In this document: positions 24,474 to 36,357 of the stretch, piece by piece | Layout: every line of letters begins with the position of its first letter | How positions within the stretch are numbered: the stretch's first letter is position 1 | NCBI GenBank assembly: GCA_030295235.1 | Contig: AP026138.1 | Span: forward strand, 186,001-250,000 | DNA from: Fistulifera solaris | Taxonomy: Eukaryota | Direction of reading: 5' to 3' | Length of the DNA stretch: 64,000 nucleotides | Position numbers and translations under genes: made by a program | The notes under the pieces: generated by a model | Seen by the model: the letters and a program-made list of their open reading frames with translations, nothing else | Told to the model about the DNA's origin: nothing | The model's database searches: none

Positions 24474-26915
24474 ATGCAAAAATATGGGGCACTTCCTCCA
24501 ACCGGTCCGTATGATTTTGAAAAGTTTCTCTATGACAAACCGATCCCTGAGGATGATCACGAGGAGCTTCTCCGCAGCATCGCTTTTGTGTACGATCGAA
24601 AGCTCTTACGAGATGTCAGCAAGCACGGAGAAAGCCCTTGCTACGTGTGCACTTGCTGCAAAACGTTCTCACTTAAGTTCAAGGAAGAAAACGGCGAACT
24701 TCGATTGCTACACGACCATCCTAGTACTAACTTCAGGCACAGTTTGTTTTGCACTCCAACAAAACGACCTCCCAAAGGACTGCCGCAGAAAATCAATGAT
24801 AGTGCAGAACATTCCTGCTGTTCAAGACTTCTTCAAAACATGCTTCCAGGCACCAAACTTCGACAGTCATGCTACTCGCAAGAATCTCAACGCCGTCCTC
24901 AGGAAAGAGGGTTTCGACATCGAAGTTGGCCCGACAATGCATTCAAATCTCAAGAAACACTTCCGTGAGGTCTACCGAAAGGATTTGTTGATGTACAATG
25001 AGCTGTTGGCCCAGTATCTTCGGAAATATGTCGAGCTAAATCCAAATGCCTCCGTCAATTTAGAAACTGACCAGAACTCATGCTTTTTTCGGTCAACTGT
25101 GTTCATTGAGAATGCCGCGCACTTCTTTAGAAATGCCTGCATTCCTGCAATCTTTTAGACGGAACACACATCCGTATACCCGAACACGATGGAATTGGAG
25201 TCCCGATCATAGGGGTCGATGGAAATGGAAGTAACATTCCACTTGGTTTTGGGTTGATTCCCTCGGAAAACAAGCAAGGGATGATATATATCCTTCTCAT
25301 GATGTATCAAGCTGGGTTCAATTTCGAAGAGTTTCCAGTATTCACTGACCGAGGACACATTCTCGCCGCTGTCCGGCGTTGGCAGAACATTATGGACTGG
25401 TTGTTTCCGTGAAGTATTGCTTGATTCATATTCTTGAAACATTTACCATCTATTCAATATCAATCAACGATCGCTGAGAGGGCAGAGCGGTCGCTTGGTT
25501 TATCATAGCGAGATGCAAAGCGCTCCAGATGTTAACGCCTTCTTGGATGCTGCGAAGAAGCTTGTCAAAGCGCTTCCACAAATTGAAGAAAACGAAACTC
25601 TTAGTACCGGTGCGAATTGTTATCTATGTTCTTGGGACAATTCATCCTACTCATTGGACTGTGTTTGGAAATACACCGAGTCAACATGAATCTATGTGGG
25701 AGCCCCTATATTTTACCTATCTAGCTGAAGTGAATGGCTTCACAGAGATAAGTGGAGACGTCGGCGAATGGAGGTGGTTGCTCAACGATCACGTGCCAGT
25801 TGGAAACAAGTTCCCTTTATATGGTTTCTGTTCAACAAATCATGTCGAATCGGCCCAGCAGTGGCTTCTACATCATGAAGTGAGGACTAATACCCCTCCA
25901 CTAGCCATTTCTAACTTTTTGATGGCGGCTGCCGAATCTCTTCGACAATTTCGAGATGAAATAACAACCAAATCTGCTAGGTTCCTCACCATATACTTTC
26001 GAAGCTTGCAAGATACAGGCAATGAAGATCTAGATTTTGTAATAGAGGATGCTGAAGGATGCCCGATGGCAGTTTGAAATTCAAATTATGCGGCTGAAAA
26101 GCACAAGAAGACGGAGTATGTTACTTATGAACCCACGAGCACTCCGTCCCTGTACTGCTCCTGCAGTAGAACAGCGATGCGGGAAATCTACTGCGGCCAC
26201 ATCAACCTTGTTTCACGTACAAGATCCTCAACTTGGCCCTCAATCCCACCCTCTGTGTTTTCGCAATTCTCACGAAGAGTTTGGAAAAGTTCCGACAAGT
26301 GGTGATCGTCGGCTTCCTTACAGAGTTTCTTAACAACTATCCGGCGACTTGGCGTCCCGGGATTTGGGGATATCAAGCTTGCTTATCAATCAGAAAACAT
26401 TTATCCATCACCAACTTACACTGACAAGCTTAACTCGGGGAACAGAATAATCAGTAATGGTGAACCCGGGACCACGTAAGTCAAAGAAAAAGAAGCAATC
26501 GGCGCTGGAATCAGCACGAATGACAAAGGAGTATGAGCCAAGTTCAAAGAACAAGCTCAGTCGAAATAACGATGCAATAGCAGAAGCGATTGCCGCCGAT
26601 GGTCTGTTTGATTTTGGGACCAAACCAAAGGCGGAACACATGCAACAGCTAGAATCAACTCTTGGACGTAAGCGTAGAGGCGGCAAGCCCTTACCTCGGC
26701 ACTGCTTTCACTGCAGATCACCGAATCACACAATTCGACAGTGTCTGGACTACCTCAAAGATGATCGAAGGTACATGGATCCTGCATTACTTGAAACTGG
26801 CGCAATTCTGGTCAACCATTTCCCAACATGCGTCATTGACATGGATGCAGGAATTACTTCTGAAGATTTGGACAACGATGATACCTCCGGGAGGACATGG
26901 CCTTCACAATATTGA
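24474..26915 (+). pseudogene. MULE transposase, interrupted by frameshifts and at least one in-frame TGA (26075-26077)
   Basis: LDGTH (D 25158), GVDGNG..PLGFG, FTDRG (D 25347), CLIH (25418), TNHVES (E 25847), SWIM CSC-x9-CGH (26156-26200), zinc knuckle CFHCRSPNHTIRQC (26703-26744). Confidence 0.85.
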
Positions 26916-28789
26916 CAAGATTGGCTTAGTAGAAGACTCTGATGCAGCCAATGCCATTGTCCAGTCACGGATTTTAAAGCTTACTGGAGAAGACGCTGCA
27001 GAAATTCACGCTGAAGACGACAACGAAAATAACTATCTTCTGGATATGGACCTTGCTCCGTCAGGTAGTAACCGAGATATTGTAGTAATTATTCGTGACA
27101 AGGATTACACGGAAAGAAGAAGTCACGAACAAGAATTGACCATGGTTGATGATGTCGAGGTAGGCATCCATGACGATTCCCGTCTGAACAGTGCACACTC
27201 GGGTCATCTGTCGACAATTCTAGAGGATGAAGATGTGGAACCAAGCACCGCACATAATGCTTTTGCCTCAAGTCCCGCAACAACAGAATATTCAGTAAAT
27301 GAAATGCCAACAACTAGAACAAAGAGGAGATCCAAACAAGTAAACGAATTTAAAAGCATGAAGGCAAGTCCATCTACCGCCAAAGTCATCGATATTGAAG
27401 ACAGCGACCGCATCCAGACCGAATTTGAAACCACCGCCGACCACAACAGCTTGTGCTTCCAGTCCAGCAACAACAGATTTTTCATTAGTCAAAATGGCAA
27501 CGAGAAAGAGGAAACGGCCGAAACAGCCACCAAATCAAAAAGCTGAAGGAACAAGTCCCGCCACAACTGATTCGTCAATCTTTGAGAGGCCGACCATGAA
27601 GAGTCAAAATCTGAAGCCACCACCTGATATCAGAGCTCATGCCTTGACTATCGAGTCTTCAATGAATGAGAATACAACACAAAAAAGGAAAAGATCGAAA
27701 CTGACAGCAAATTCCAGAGCCAAAGGCCCGACTCATGCCCGTAAAAAGAAGTTGAAACCGCCACCGATTGCAGAAGCAAAAGCAGGAAGTCCCGCCACAG
27801 CAGTTTCTTCCATAGTTGAGATGCCAACTATGAAGAGGGGTAATCTGAGAGCACTGCCAAGATCTCATTCGAAACAGTCCAACAACCGAAGTATCACGAT
27901 TCCTGAAGATATGATTATAAAGATACCGAAGACAGAACCCACTAATGCAAGTCCCGCCACGTCTGCTAGTGACGATTCATCACATGTATTTAAAAGGCGA
28001 TTAGACATCCAAAAGAAGAATGCAAGTCCCGCCAAATCCGGTAATCTCAGTGACGATTCGTCGCATTTCCTGAAAATGCCGCTAGATCTGCGAAGAAAGA
28101 ACTTGGCACAAAATGAAGCTCTCAAGTTCATTTTCAGTGGGTATTCCGAAAACCAGAAGAACTTCGTGAGAGCTATAACAAGTCCCGCTACTGCCACTAG
28201 TGGGACCTCATCACAATTCTTGAGAACACCCTTCGACCTGAGACGTAAGATTGTAGATCCCAGAAATGAAAATCAATTTTCATTACGTCGACAACAAGTA
28301 AGGCAAATTGGAGTAGCCCCTTTGCAACCCCCAGTCATTACTGATGAACCATCAAAGATCGTATCCTATTTTTACGACACAGCTTATCCATTTGTGGGAA
28401 CCATTGAGCAATTAAATTGTTTGGTTCAAGAACACGAGTTTGATATTCCAGAATCATTTCACGGAAAGCGGAAACAAATGATTTAACGATGAAAAGAAGG
28501 GCTTCAACCCAGCAAGGGCGCAAACCAGCGAGGACTTGTGAGTGAGAACAATATTGCAATCCACGTGCGCGGAATACTCTTGCAGAGACAGCAAAAGGAA
28601 AGAAGTGGAATAGAATCATTTATCACTGTAGGGACAAGAAAGAATGGAAACGATCTGATTTACAACAAAGAAGATGCCAGGGGATCTCTTCGGTCACTCC
28701 TTTTTGCAATCCAGTGCAAAGGGCGTTGATAAAGGTCGCGGAGTCGTCCACGACCTGAAGAGGGAAAGAAGCATCATATCAAGGTGCTA

Positions 28790-29491
28790 AGTGGTGCCAC
28801 GGCATCCATAACCAGTGAATGCCTTGAAATTATGAACTCGCAATGTTATTTCAATGACGGCGATTGTGAACAGTTTCCTTGAAAGCATAACAAGCAAGAC
28901 CGTAACGGATGAGGGAGTTATTGCACACCCGTCGTATGTCATGAGTAATCTGTGGGATTCCGCCAACCAAAATATTAAGAGAGAGGGTAGACTGCAGCTT
29001 AGTTCAGCGTTTGTGGCATTGAATTCTATGACAAAATCGAACAATTTGGGCATTCATTTATTCCCTATGTGCAAGGAGAGGCACTGGTGGTTGATGGTGG
29101 TTGATGCCGATAATCGAGTTATTTATTCGCTCGACTCCCTCGAAGATCCGGACGATCACTACTCTAATGCTGTCTGGCTTTCAGGTTTATTTAAATTGCG
29201 TGCGGTGAGGCAGCAATTAGAATCTTAGCGTCAACAAGCGAGCAGCAGGAATCAACATTACCCGATTTAGCTCCGTGGGAATACCAAGAAATGCGTCTTC
29301 CCAATAAACTATTGCAACATGATGGCCATAGTTGCGGACCATATGTATGTTTTTATGCGGCGACAATTCTGAAACATGGTCGACGTGCCCTCAATGAGAG
29401 GACATGGTTCCTTGACTCTATTTCGGAGATTGGAGTCGGAGATGATCTCCGACCTTTTGTATTTGATGTTATGTTTCAATTGGCTGAATGA
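28790..29491 (+). pseudogene. Ulp1/peptidase C48 (SUMO protease) domain inside the MULE, frameshifted
   Basis: HWWLMVVD (His 29082), YSLDSL, QHDGHSCGPYVC (Cys 29333). Confidence 0.85.
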
Positions 29492-29604
29492 CACGTATAG
29501 AGTAATGTGTGATATTAATCAACCAAGTCTAGTTTGAAACTGAAATTGTGTAGATTGGGTTTTGATTATTTACACGAAGTAGTTTTCGACGAAAGCCTTG
29601 ATCG

Positions 29605-29752
29605 GTGGAAGGTCACGTAGGCTGGGTTTTTCTTTATTGGAAGGTCGCGCTCGCTGCATCAGGGTCACGTAGGCTGGTTTTTCTTTATTGACAATTGAGA
29701 GCGGTCGCGCTCGCTGACTTTTCTTTATCAAGAGCGGTCGCGCTCGCTGACT
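29605..29752 (+). repeat. Subterminal tandem repeats of the MULE
   Basis: GGTCGCGCTCGCTG x3 and GGTCACGTAGGCTGG x2, interspersed with TTTTCTTTAT. Confidence 0.8.
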
Positions 29753-30386
29753 ATTGTTTATTGAGGATTTGGTTATCTTAGAGGGGTGATTCATGAATCA
29801 TCCGGGACTGTCATTCATAAGGCTTTGTTACTTTATCGAGCAACCTAAGTAGATTCTAAGTAATTAGTACCACATCCAATGGCGCGTACTCTACTGTAAA
29901 GTTGAATGTAGTCAGTTAACGTCTCTCCTAACGGGAGAGCTATCGGAAGAGGTTCACCCTGGTTGGAGACCTAACGGAAGTCTCCCAGGGGAGGAGCGCG
30001 ATGTTCTACATGTTGAGTGTATAGTCAAAACGTCCTCACTCATCACAAAGGCGAGGCGCGCAAGGCGCAAGGAGCAAGGAGGCGCGACAAGACTCGATCT
30101 CTCTACTGAGTCTATGTTCACCGGGACTCAGGTTCGCCTATCGCGTTTTGGCTAATGGCATGTCTGAGAAAGGTAGGGCGAACCTTGTTTGCGCAAGAGA
30201 CTAAAATATCTCTGGAAGATATTATTTAAGATTTGTCTCTCTCTGCAAGTAGAAAAAGGTTACCCGACTGCAGTGGGTTTAAGATGTGCCTCCTATCGAA
30301 TGTGTCAGGGTTTACAATTTCGCCGAACACATAAGACAAGTCACAAAAAATAAGGCAGATAACTTGCTCTAGATGATAAAACCATT

Positions 30387-30965
30387 TTAAGCTCCGCGCT
30401 TCTCGTCATCTAATGCAGCGACTTCTCGAAATTGATCTTCCAAATCGGCATATTTCTCCAGCAAACTTTCAATGGCCTCGTCGCTGACATTGGGCATGAT
30501 CAATTTATCTACCACAGTCTCATCCATTTCACACAGATCAACAAATAGGTGACGCGGATTGATTACTGTTCGTCCCTGAACCGCCATGCCGCGAATGAGG
30601 ACTTGCGCTAAGATGCGATCTTGTCCTGGGGTAGGATACCGAAAATTTTGCATGATCCAGATGTTGTTGTTATCATCCAAGCCGGCCACGGTCGTTTCAA
30701 TTTGAAAGCGACAGAATATGGGACGAATTTCACGACGGTACCGAACCGCTGAGCCGGCGACCAAGAAAGCGATATTGTTTTTCATCATGGCAGCGAGTAA
30801 GCCGTTGTGAGATGTCATTTCCCATCGCGCTAGTTCGGCATGACTGAGATACGCTGCATTATTCAGATGACCCAAGTAATCGACGTCAAAAGACCAGCTC
30901 GAGCTGTGTAGATGTGGGCATCCGTCAAGCCAACGTTCCGTTCGGGGGGAAGTTTGGCGTTTCAC
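30387..30965 (-). CDS. Thioesterase superfamily (4HBT/hot-dog fold) protein; true start lies upstream and is uncertain
   Basis: DVDYLGHLNNAAYLSHAELARW and VRYRREI. Confidence 0.8.
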   Translation of the reverse strand: MKRQTSPRTERWLDGCPHLHSSSWSFDVDYLGHLNNAAYLSHAELARWEMTSHNGLLAAMMKNNIAFLVAGSAVRYRREIRPIFCRFQIETTVAGLDDNNNIWIMQNFRYPTPGQDRILAQVLIRGMAVQGRTVINPRHLFVDLCEMDETVVDKLIMPNVSDEAIESLLEKYADLEDQFREVAALDDEKRGA

Positions 30966-31972
30966 CAGACCTTTACGAGCGAAAACAAAACGCGTGGGGT
31001 GTGTATCAATCCCATGCTGCTCGGTTTGAACTCTCAGAAGCTAATATGATGCGAGGTTGATGGTTTGGCTCGACTTCCTCGGTTTATGGGCATCCGAATA
31101 GATCTCCTTCACGACAAATGTTTTGTTCTGTTCCATTGGTTTCTTCTTTGGCCTCTCGGAGTCGGAGTGACGCTTCGGGACTAAAATGGTTTTTGTGTCT
31201 TGTTTTATCTCCCCTCCGGGTTTGTGACGCCGTTGTTGAAGGTTTAAGGCAAAAAACTGTACTTAGAAAAGTATCAAGTGTACACTTTCTATTCCACAGC
31301 TCAAATTTACTTAAGCATCAAAACCTTATCGCGCACTTTGGTATAAGATATTATGTACGTGAGATAGCCAGTGAACTGTGAGGAACGTTAGACGCGCGTC
31401 CGTCGAGCCCTCTCTTTGTACTTTCAACTATCGCATTGCCGTCCGCGCACCACTTTTTTACAATAATGTATCTGCTTAAACGAAGATGAGTGTAGAGAAT
31501 ATAGTACAAATTCTACCCGCGCCCCTGATTATAGGCAGCTGCTGCCACATCTTGCGCTTTTGCTGCCTCCACTTTGTGAGACGACGACGGCGGAAGCGGA
31601 GGTCACTCTTGTCGATCGTATGGATCCACAAAACTGCTTCATCTGCTTGTGAACGTTGTTGCTTGATCCATCAATTCATTTGTATCGGTATGTCAAGTAA
31701 CTTTTAGAGTTATCCCGTTGTTGTTCAACGGAACCGCAAAGTGAGGGATTCTGGCCGAATTGTGGGTGGAGTTTATCCAGGGTCGCGGCGTCGCGGACTT
31801 GTGTACTTTTCTACGTAGATTTCTACGGGGCAGCGCACCACGATACCTCGATTTTTCGTGTTTCCGCTCACAATCTCACCTTTCGATTTCGATTATTCAT
31901 CTTACTCACGTCAAATATCTCTCCTTTCTCTGTATACAGACTCCTTTTAGATTAAAAGTAGATTAGTGCATC

Positions 31973-34900
31973 ATGTCTGGCTACGGAACTGGTCAGTTCA
32001 ACGACAACGCAGAGATGCACGCAGAAATGCACGCGGAGCTTGAACGTCTTCGTCGTCAACAGCAAGCCGCGACTTGGTCTGCATTAGCAGCAAGAGCTCG
32101 GCAGCAAGGCTATCCTACAGCGTCACCTGCACATCTTGGTTTGATGGGTGCTGCGGACGCTTCAGCTTCGTACTACGCTCGCGCTCCTGCTTACGCCCGA
32201 TATCCGGGATTGTCGGATCCTGCGTACGGAGCACGAGTGCAAGCCGACCAGAACCAGCTGGCACAGCTCCACCATGCCGTTTTCGGAAGACAACCTGCTG
32301 TCCAGCAGCTGGCAAGCAATTATACATATGCAGCTCCGGCTGGAGCTGTGACTGGGTACGCAGAGACTGCTACACCTACACATCGATCGCCGCCTGCAGA
32401 ACAACAAAGGTTTCCCTACGGTCTCAACTCGGGCACTACCCCTTCTCCGGCATCGTATGATAACTATGCATCCCGTAACTCCTACGTTAGTCCACCGAAA
32501 CCAGCGCCGAGTTCAGCTTCCGCACATCGTCCTCCAACTTCTACTTTGAGCTCCACCAAGGTCCCAGCGAAGTCTACACCCAAAGCAAAAGCAACCCCAG
32601 GAAAAAGCCCTGCCGTAACTCCCGCCAGTTCCAAAACTACTCCGAAAACTCCCAAATCAGGAAGTAGTTATGGCAGTAGCATGTCTAAGGCCAGCGAGAA
32701 ATCGAAAGAACAAAATACGCAAAAGCGTGTCGCGACGAGTGATGGCAAAATCCTTGTCGATGGGAAAGAAACTTATTATTCGGGACATGTACCTGTCGGT
32801 TTTGACGAAGACAAATATTGGATCTCAGAGCTACAGGTGTATTTGCGGTCGCATTTTGCCGAGGCTTTTGCTGCTACAGAGGAAGATGTTGCGGCTCCGA
32901 TGCATGGTCGGAACAAGCCGATTGTGTTGGGACAGGTGGGAATTCGTTGTATGTACTGCAAAGGTAAGATATCGATTCATTCTATGTTGCTCTTTATGCC
33001 TACTCTAACTGTTCCAATAATGTTCTGCAGGAGATAATCCAGCCGAACGAGGACAGCAATCGACCTCGTACCCCAGTCAAATAAGTGGCATCTATAATTC
33101 GGTGCAGCAAATGCTGCGTCTTCACCTTGATTGTTGTCTTTCAATGCCTGCTGAAGTGCGCTCGAAGATAGAATTTATGAAAGAGTGTTGCAATAGCCGG
33201 GGTGGCCGCAAGCAATACTGGATTGAGGCGGCAAAGCGCCGGGGTTTAGTCGATACGCCAGATGGTATCCATTTTGGACGTGACCCGTTGGCACCATTGC
33301 CAGATCATGTGGGCCCCTCGGTGACAAAGGACGGTCGCCGAAAGCGTGTGATCAAGACTTCTGAAGAAGCTGTTGTGGTTCCCTCTCAAGAACTTCCGCC
33401 ACCGCCTCCTCCTGTTGACGATAGACCTTTGGTCTTCGAGGAAGATCGTTCACTCATTAGTGATTACTTGTATCTGACACTGGAGCAGATGGCTCCGTGT
33501 ACTTTAATGGAAGCAGATCGGGTTGGATGCTACAAAACCCGCAAGGTTGGCTTTCCTGGTTTAGCCTGCAAGCACTGCGTGGGTCAAGCTGGTTGTGGTA
33601 GATATTTTCCTGCTTCGGAAGCTTCGCTTTCACAGACAACCACTTCACAGACCATCATGAATCACGTTCGCAACTGCCGTCGTTGCCCTACCGAAATTCG
33701 CGAGAACTTTGAAGTCATGAAGCGCAATCGTATGGGGCCTGATGGGAAGCGCGCTGATAAACCGAAACATGGCGGGCGCAAGGTATTCTTTCATAGATTG
33801 TGGTGCCGCATTCAAGGCCTGGAGATTCATGAAGAAGAAATAAAACTCGATGACACTACGCCTAAAAGGAGGAAGCCTTACGCTAAAAAGTCGAGAAAAA
33901 GATCATATGATAGCGACGGTGAATCCGGTGAGGACGACGGCGAAGTAGTGACTTCCGAGGGTGAAAGTGACTCGGAGGCCGAAAGCGAGGCCAGCGATAA
34001 GAAATCCCAAAGACGTAAATCGTCCCCGGGAAAAAGGAAGCCGGAAAAAGAATCTTGGTTTGAGGGATGTGTTCGCCTCACCAAAACAGACGACCCACAT
34101 TGGCTCTCTGAAATGGAATGTTTCGCCAGAAGCGATCTCGTCGAATTATTTAGTCTCGGCAATGAGGATGAACTTGAAAGTTACACCGGTAGAAAGGAGC
34201 CAGCAATTGGGCAAGTGGGTATTCGATGCGCCTTCTGCAAGTCACTTCCGCCTCAAGATCGGCCCGCTGGGTCTGTCGCGTTTCCGGAGTCGCTCCCAGC
34301 AATTCATTTGAAGGTGACAGACATGATTCGATTGCATTTTCCAAACTGCCCATCGCTGTCAGACGAAGCAAGAGAAACATTTAAGTCGCTTCGTGGCTTT
34401 GATGCAAAAGTAGCTAGCGATGATGCGCAGCAGTACTGGGTCGATGCTGCCCGTGACATTGGATTGGCTAACTTTCCAGTGGATGGAAAGAGCGATGCTT
34501 GGGGAATTGCTTTCCGGCGTGATCCCCTTCAGCCAAGTCCTGCAGATGAGTTAGATCTTGAAGTCGGTAACCCGAAGGATGTTTCCAGCAAAAGCTCACT
34601 TGTCAAAATCGACGATAGGGGATTGTGCACTGATCAAGTAATGCTACTACTGCGCCAAGTCATTCCCTGTCGCTTCAAGAAGAGCGACCGCCGTTCCGGG
34701 CCCGGGTACCGGGGTAGAGATAGGTCTATGGGGTTCCCTGGCTTGTCGTGTAAGCATTGTGCAGGGAAGAACACTCTGGGTCGATACTTTCCAGTATCCG
34801 CGAAGAACATGACCGATTGCACAAGCAACTCTTTACATACACATATTGCCTCTTGTGCTCATTGTCCCGAACCCATTCGCGCTTCATTGGCGTATCTTGG

Positions 34901-35381
34901 CCATCGCAGCATCCTCCAGAAGGCGGAACTCCGAGGATGCTGGAAGAAAGCATTCTTCAGAAAGATTTGGGATAGGTTGCATGTTGAGCGTAAATGGATA
35001 TCGGCTGATGACGGAGCAGGGCCTTCTAACATGAAAAATGATGAGCATATACACGGAGATGATGATGTGAGCGAAGATGGTGTAGAAGGCGGCGGGTCTT
35101 ATGATGACGATGATGTTGGTGGGGAAGAGGATGACGACGGTGGAGAAAGTGACAGCGACAAAGAGGAAGAACTTGGAGATCAGATGGAAGCTTTGATCAA
35201 AGCCGCGGCAATCTGGCTTACTGAACAAGATGCTGTCACGGATTCGGCTAGGGCAAACGCTCGAGCGTCAAAGCAGCAATCGCGTGCTTTGCCTTCCAAG
35301 AGACCAACAAGCGGCAGTAGCTCCAACCGCGCTCGAGGAGAACAGAGCATGCCAACTAAAAGGAGGCGTGTGCACTTTTGA
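31973..35381 (+). CDS. Large nuclear protein with four Cys/His putative zinc-binding modules, intron 32964-33030
   Basis: Splicing joins ORFs 31973 and 33102 in frame; GQVGIRCxxC x2 and GFPGLxCKHC x2; basic NLS-like stretches. Confidence 0.8.
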
Positions 35382-36020
35382 AGGTGTCACTGAATTAAGA
35401 TAGCTATCGCGGTGTCTCTTTAACAACCTCGGAAAAGCAGGGAGACACGAGAGGAGTCGACAACGCCTTGGTGCATAATCTCTCAAAAGAAGGTGTAAGC
35501 TAACTGTAGTAGGTGACATAACTCAAATGGAGTAATTTTAATAATTTGGGGTATTTTTTTTAATAAAAAAACCTAGAGACATCATCAAACTTTTTGATCG
35601 TTGTTGATTGCATAGTCATTACCAACGAGCTGTAAGGATAAGGATAACCGTCATTAATGACCTAGAAAAGTCATTGTCGGTCTTGTTTCATGCACTATTA
35701 CTAATGTAGTAACACTTTTGGGTTACGTCGTTAATCGTAAAAACTGAAAGGTTAAACTAAGGTCTAAGCCATAATGTACAATTTATACCGAGTGATATAT
35801 ATGTAACTCTGAATAGTACATAGCCTTTCAGTTGGCACAAAAGATCTTTTCCCTTTCCCGCACTCGCACGGACATTCGAAACGGAGCAGTCATTCTCGCG
35901 TTGTTCCTCGTGCCTGCATTGATCTGTTTGAGATCTCTCTGATAGGCATCTTGAAAGGAGAGAGATAGCTTGAAAGATATTATATACTTCACAAAAGTCT
36001 ATAGTTTCCTTTAGTTAACA

Positions 36021-36322
36021 ATGTCGGATTCTGATGATAGTTCGAATGCCGGCCCGACGGAAGAAGACCGAAAAATGAAAGAGATGCTGGCCGAATGGGA
36101 TGAAAAAGATGACGACGACGATGTTTACGAAGACTCGGACGACGATGAGGATGATGACGCTGCCAAGGCCAAGAAAATCGCTCTATTGAGTGCTGCTGCC
36201 GACTCTGAAGAAGAGGAAGACTCCGATGAGGAGGAGGAAGAAGACGATAAGGGAGACGATGATGACGAGGAAGAAGAAGACGAGGAGGAGGAAGAAAGTC
36301 AGGAAGAGGAAGTAGAAGAAGA

Positions 36323-36357
<35 letters not shown>

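Larger units (their letters stand above)
24128..29986 (+). mobile_element. Mutator/MULE DNA transposon, 5859 bp, carrying a Ulp1-like protease
   Basis: Perfect 130 bp TIRs (24128-24257 and 29857-29986, starting GGGAGAC); 9 bp TSD AGGGGAGGA (24119-24127 and 29987-29995). Confidence 0.95.

Noticed and set aside
30160..30190. TPP riboswitch suggested by CTGAGA...GAACCT
   Set aside because: P2/P4/P5 context is missing and there is no thiamine gene nearby
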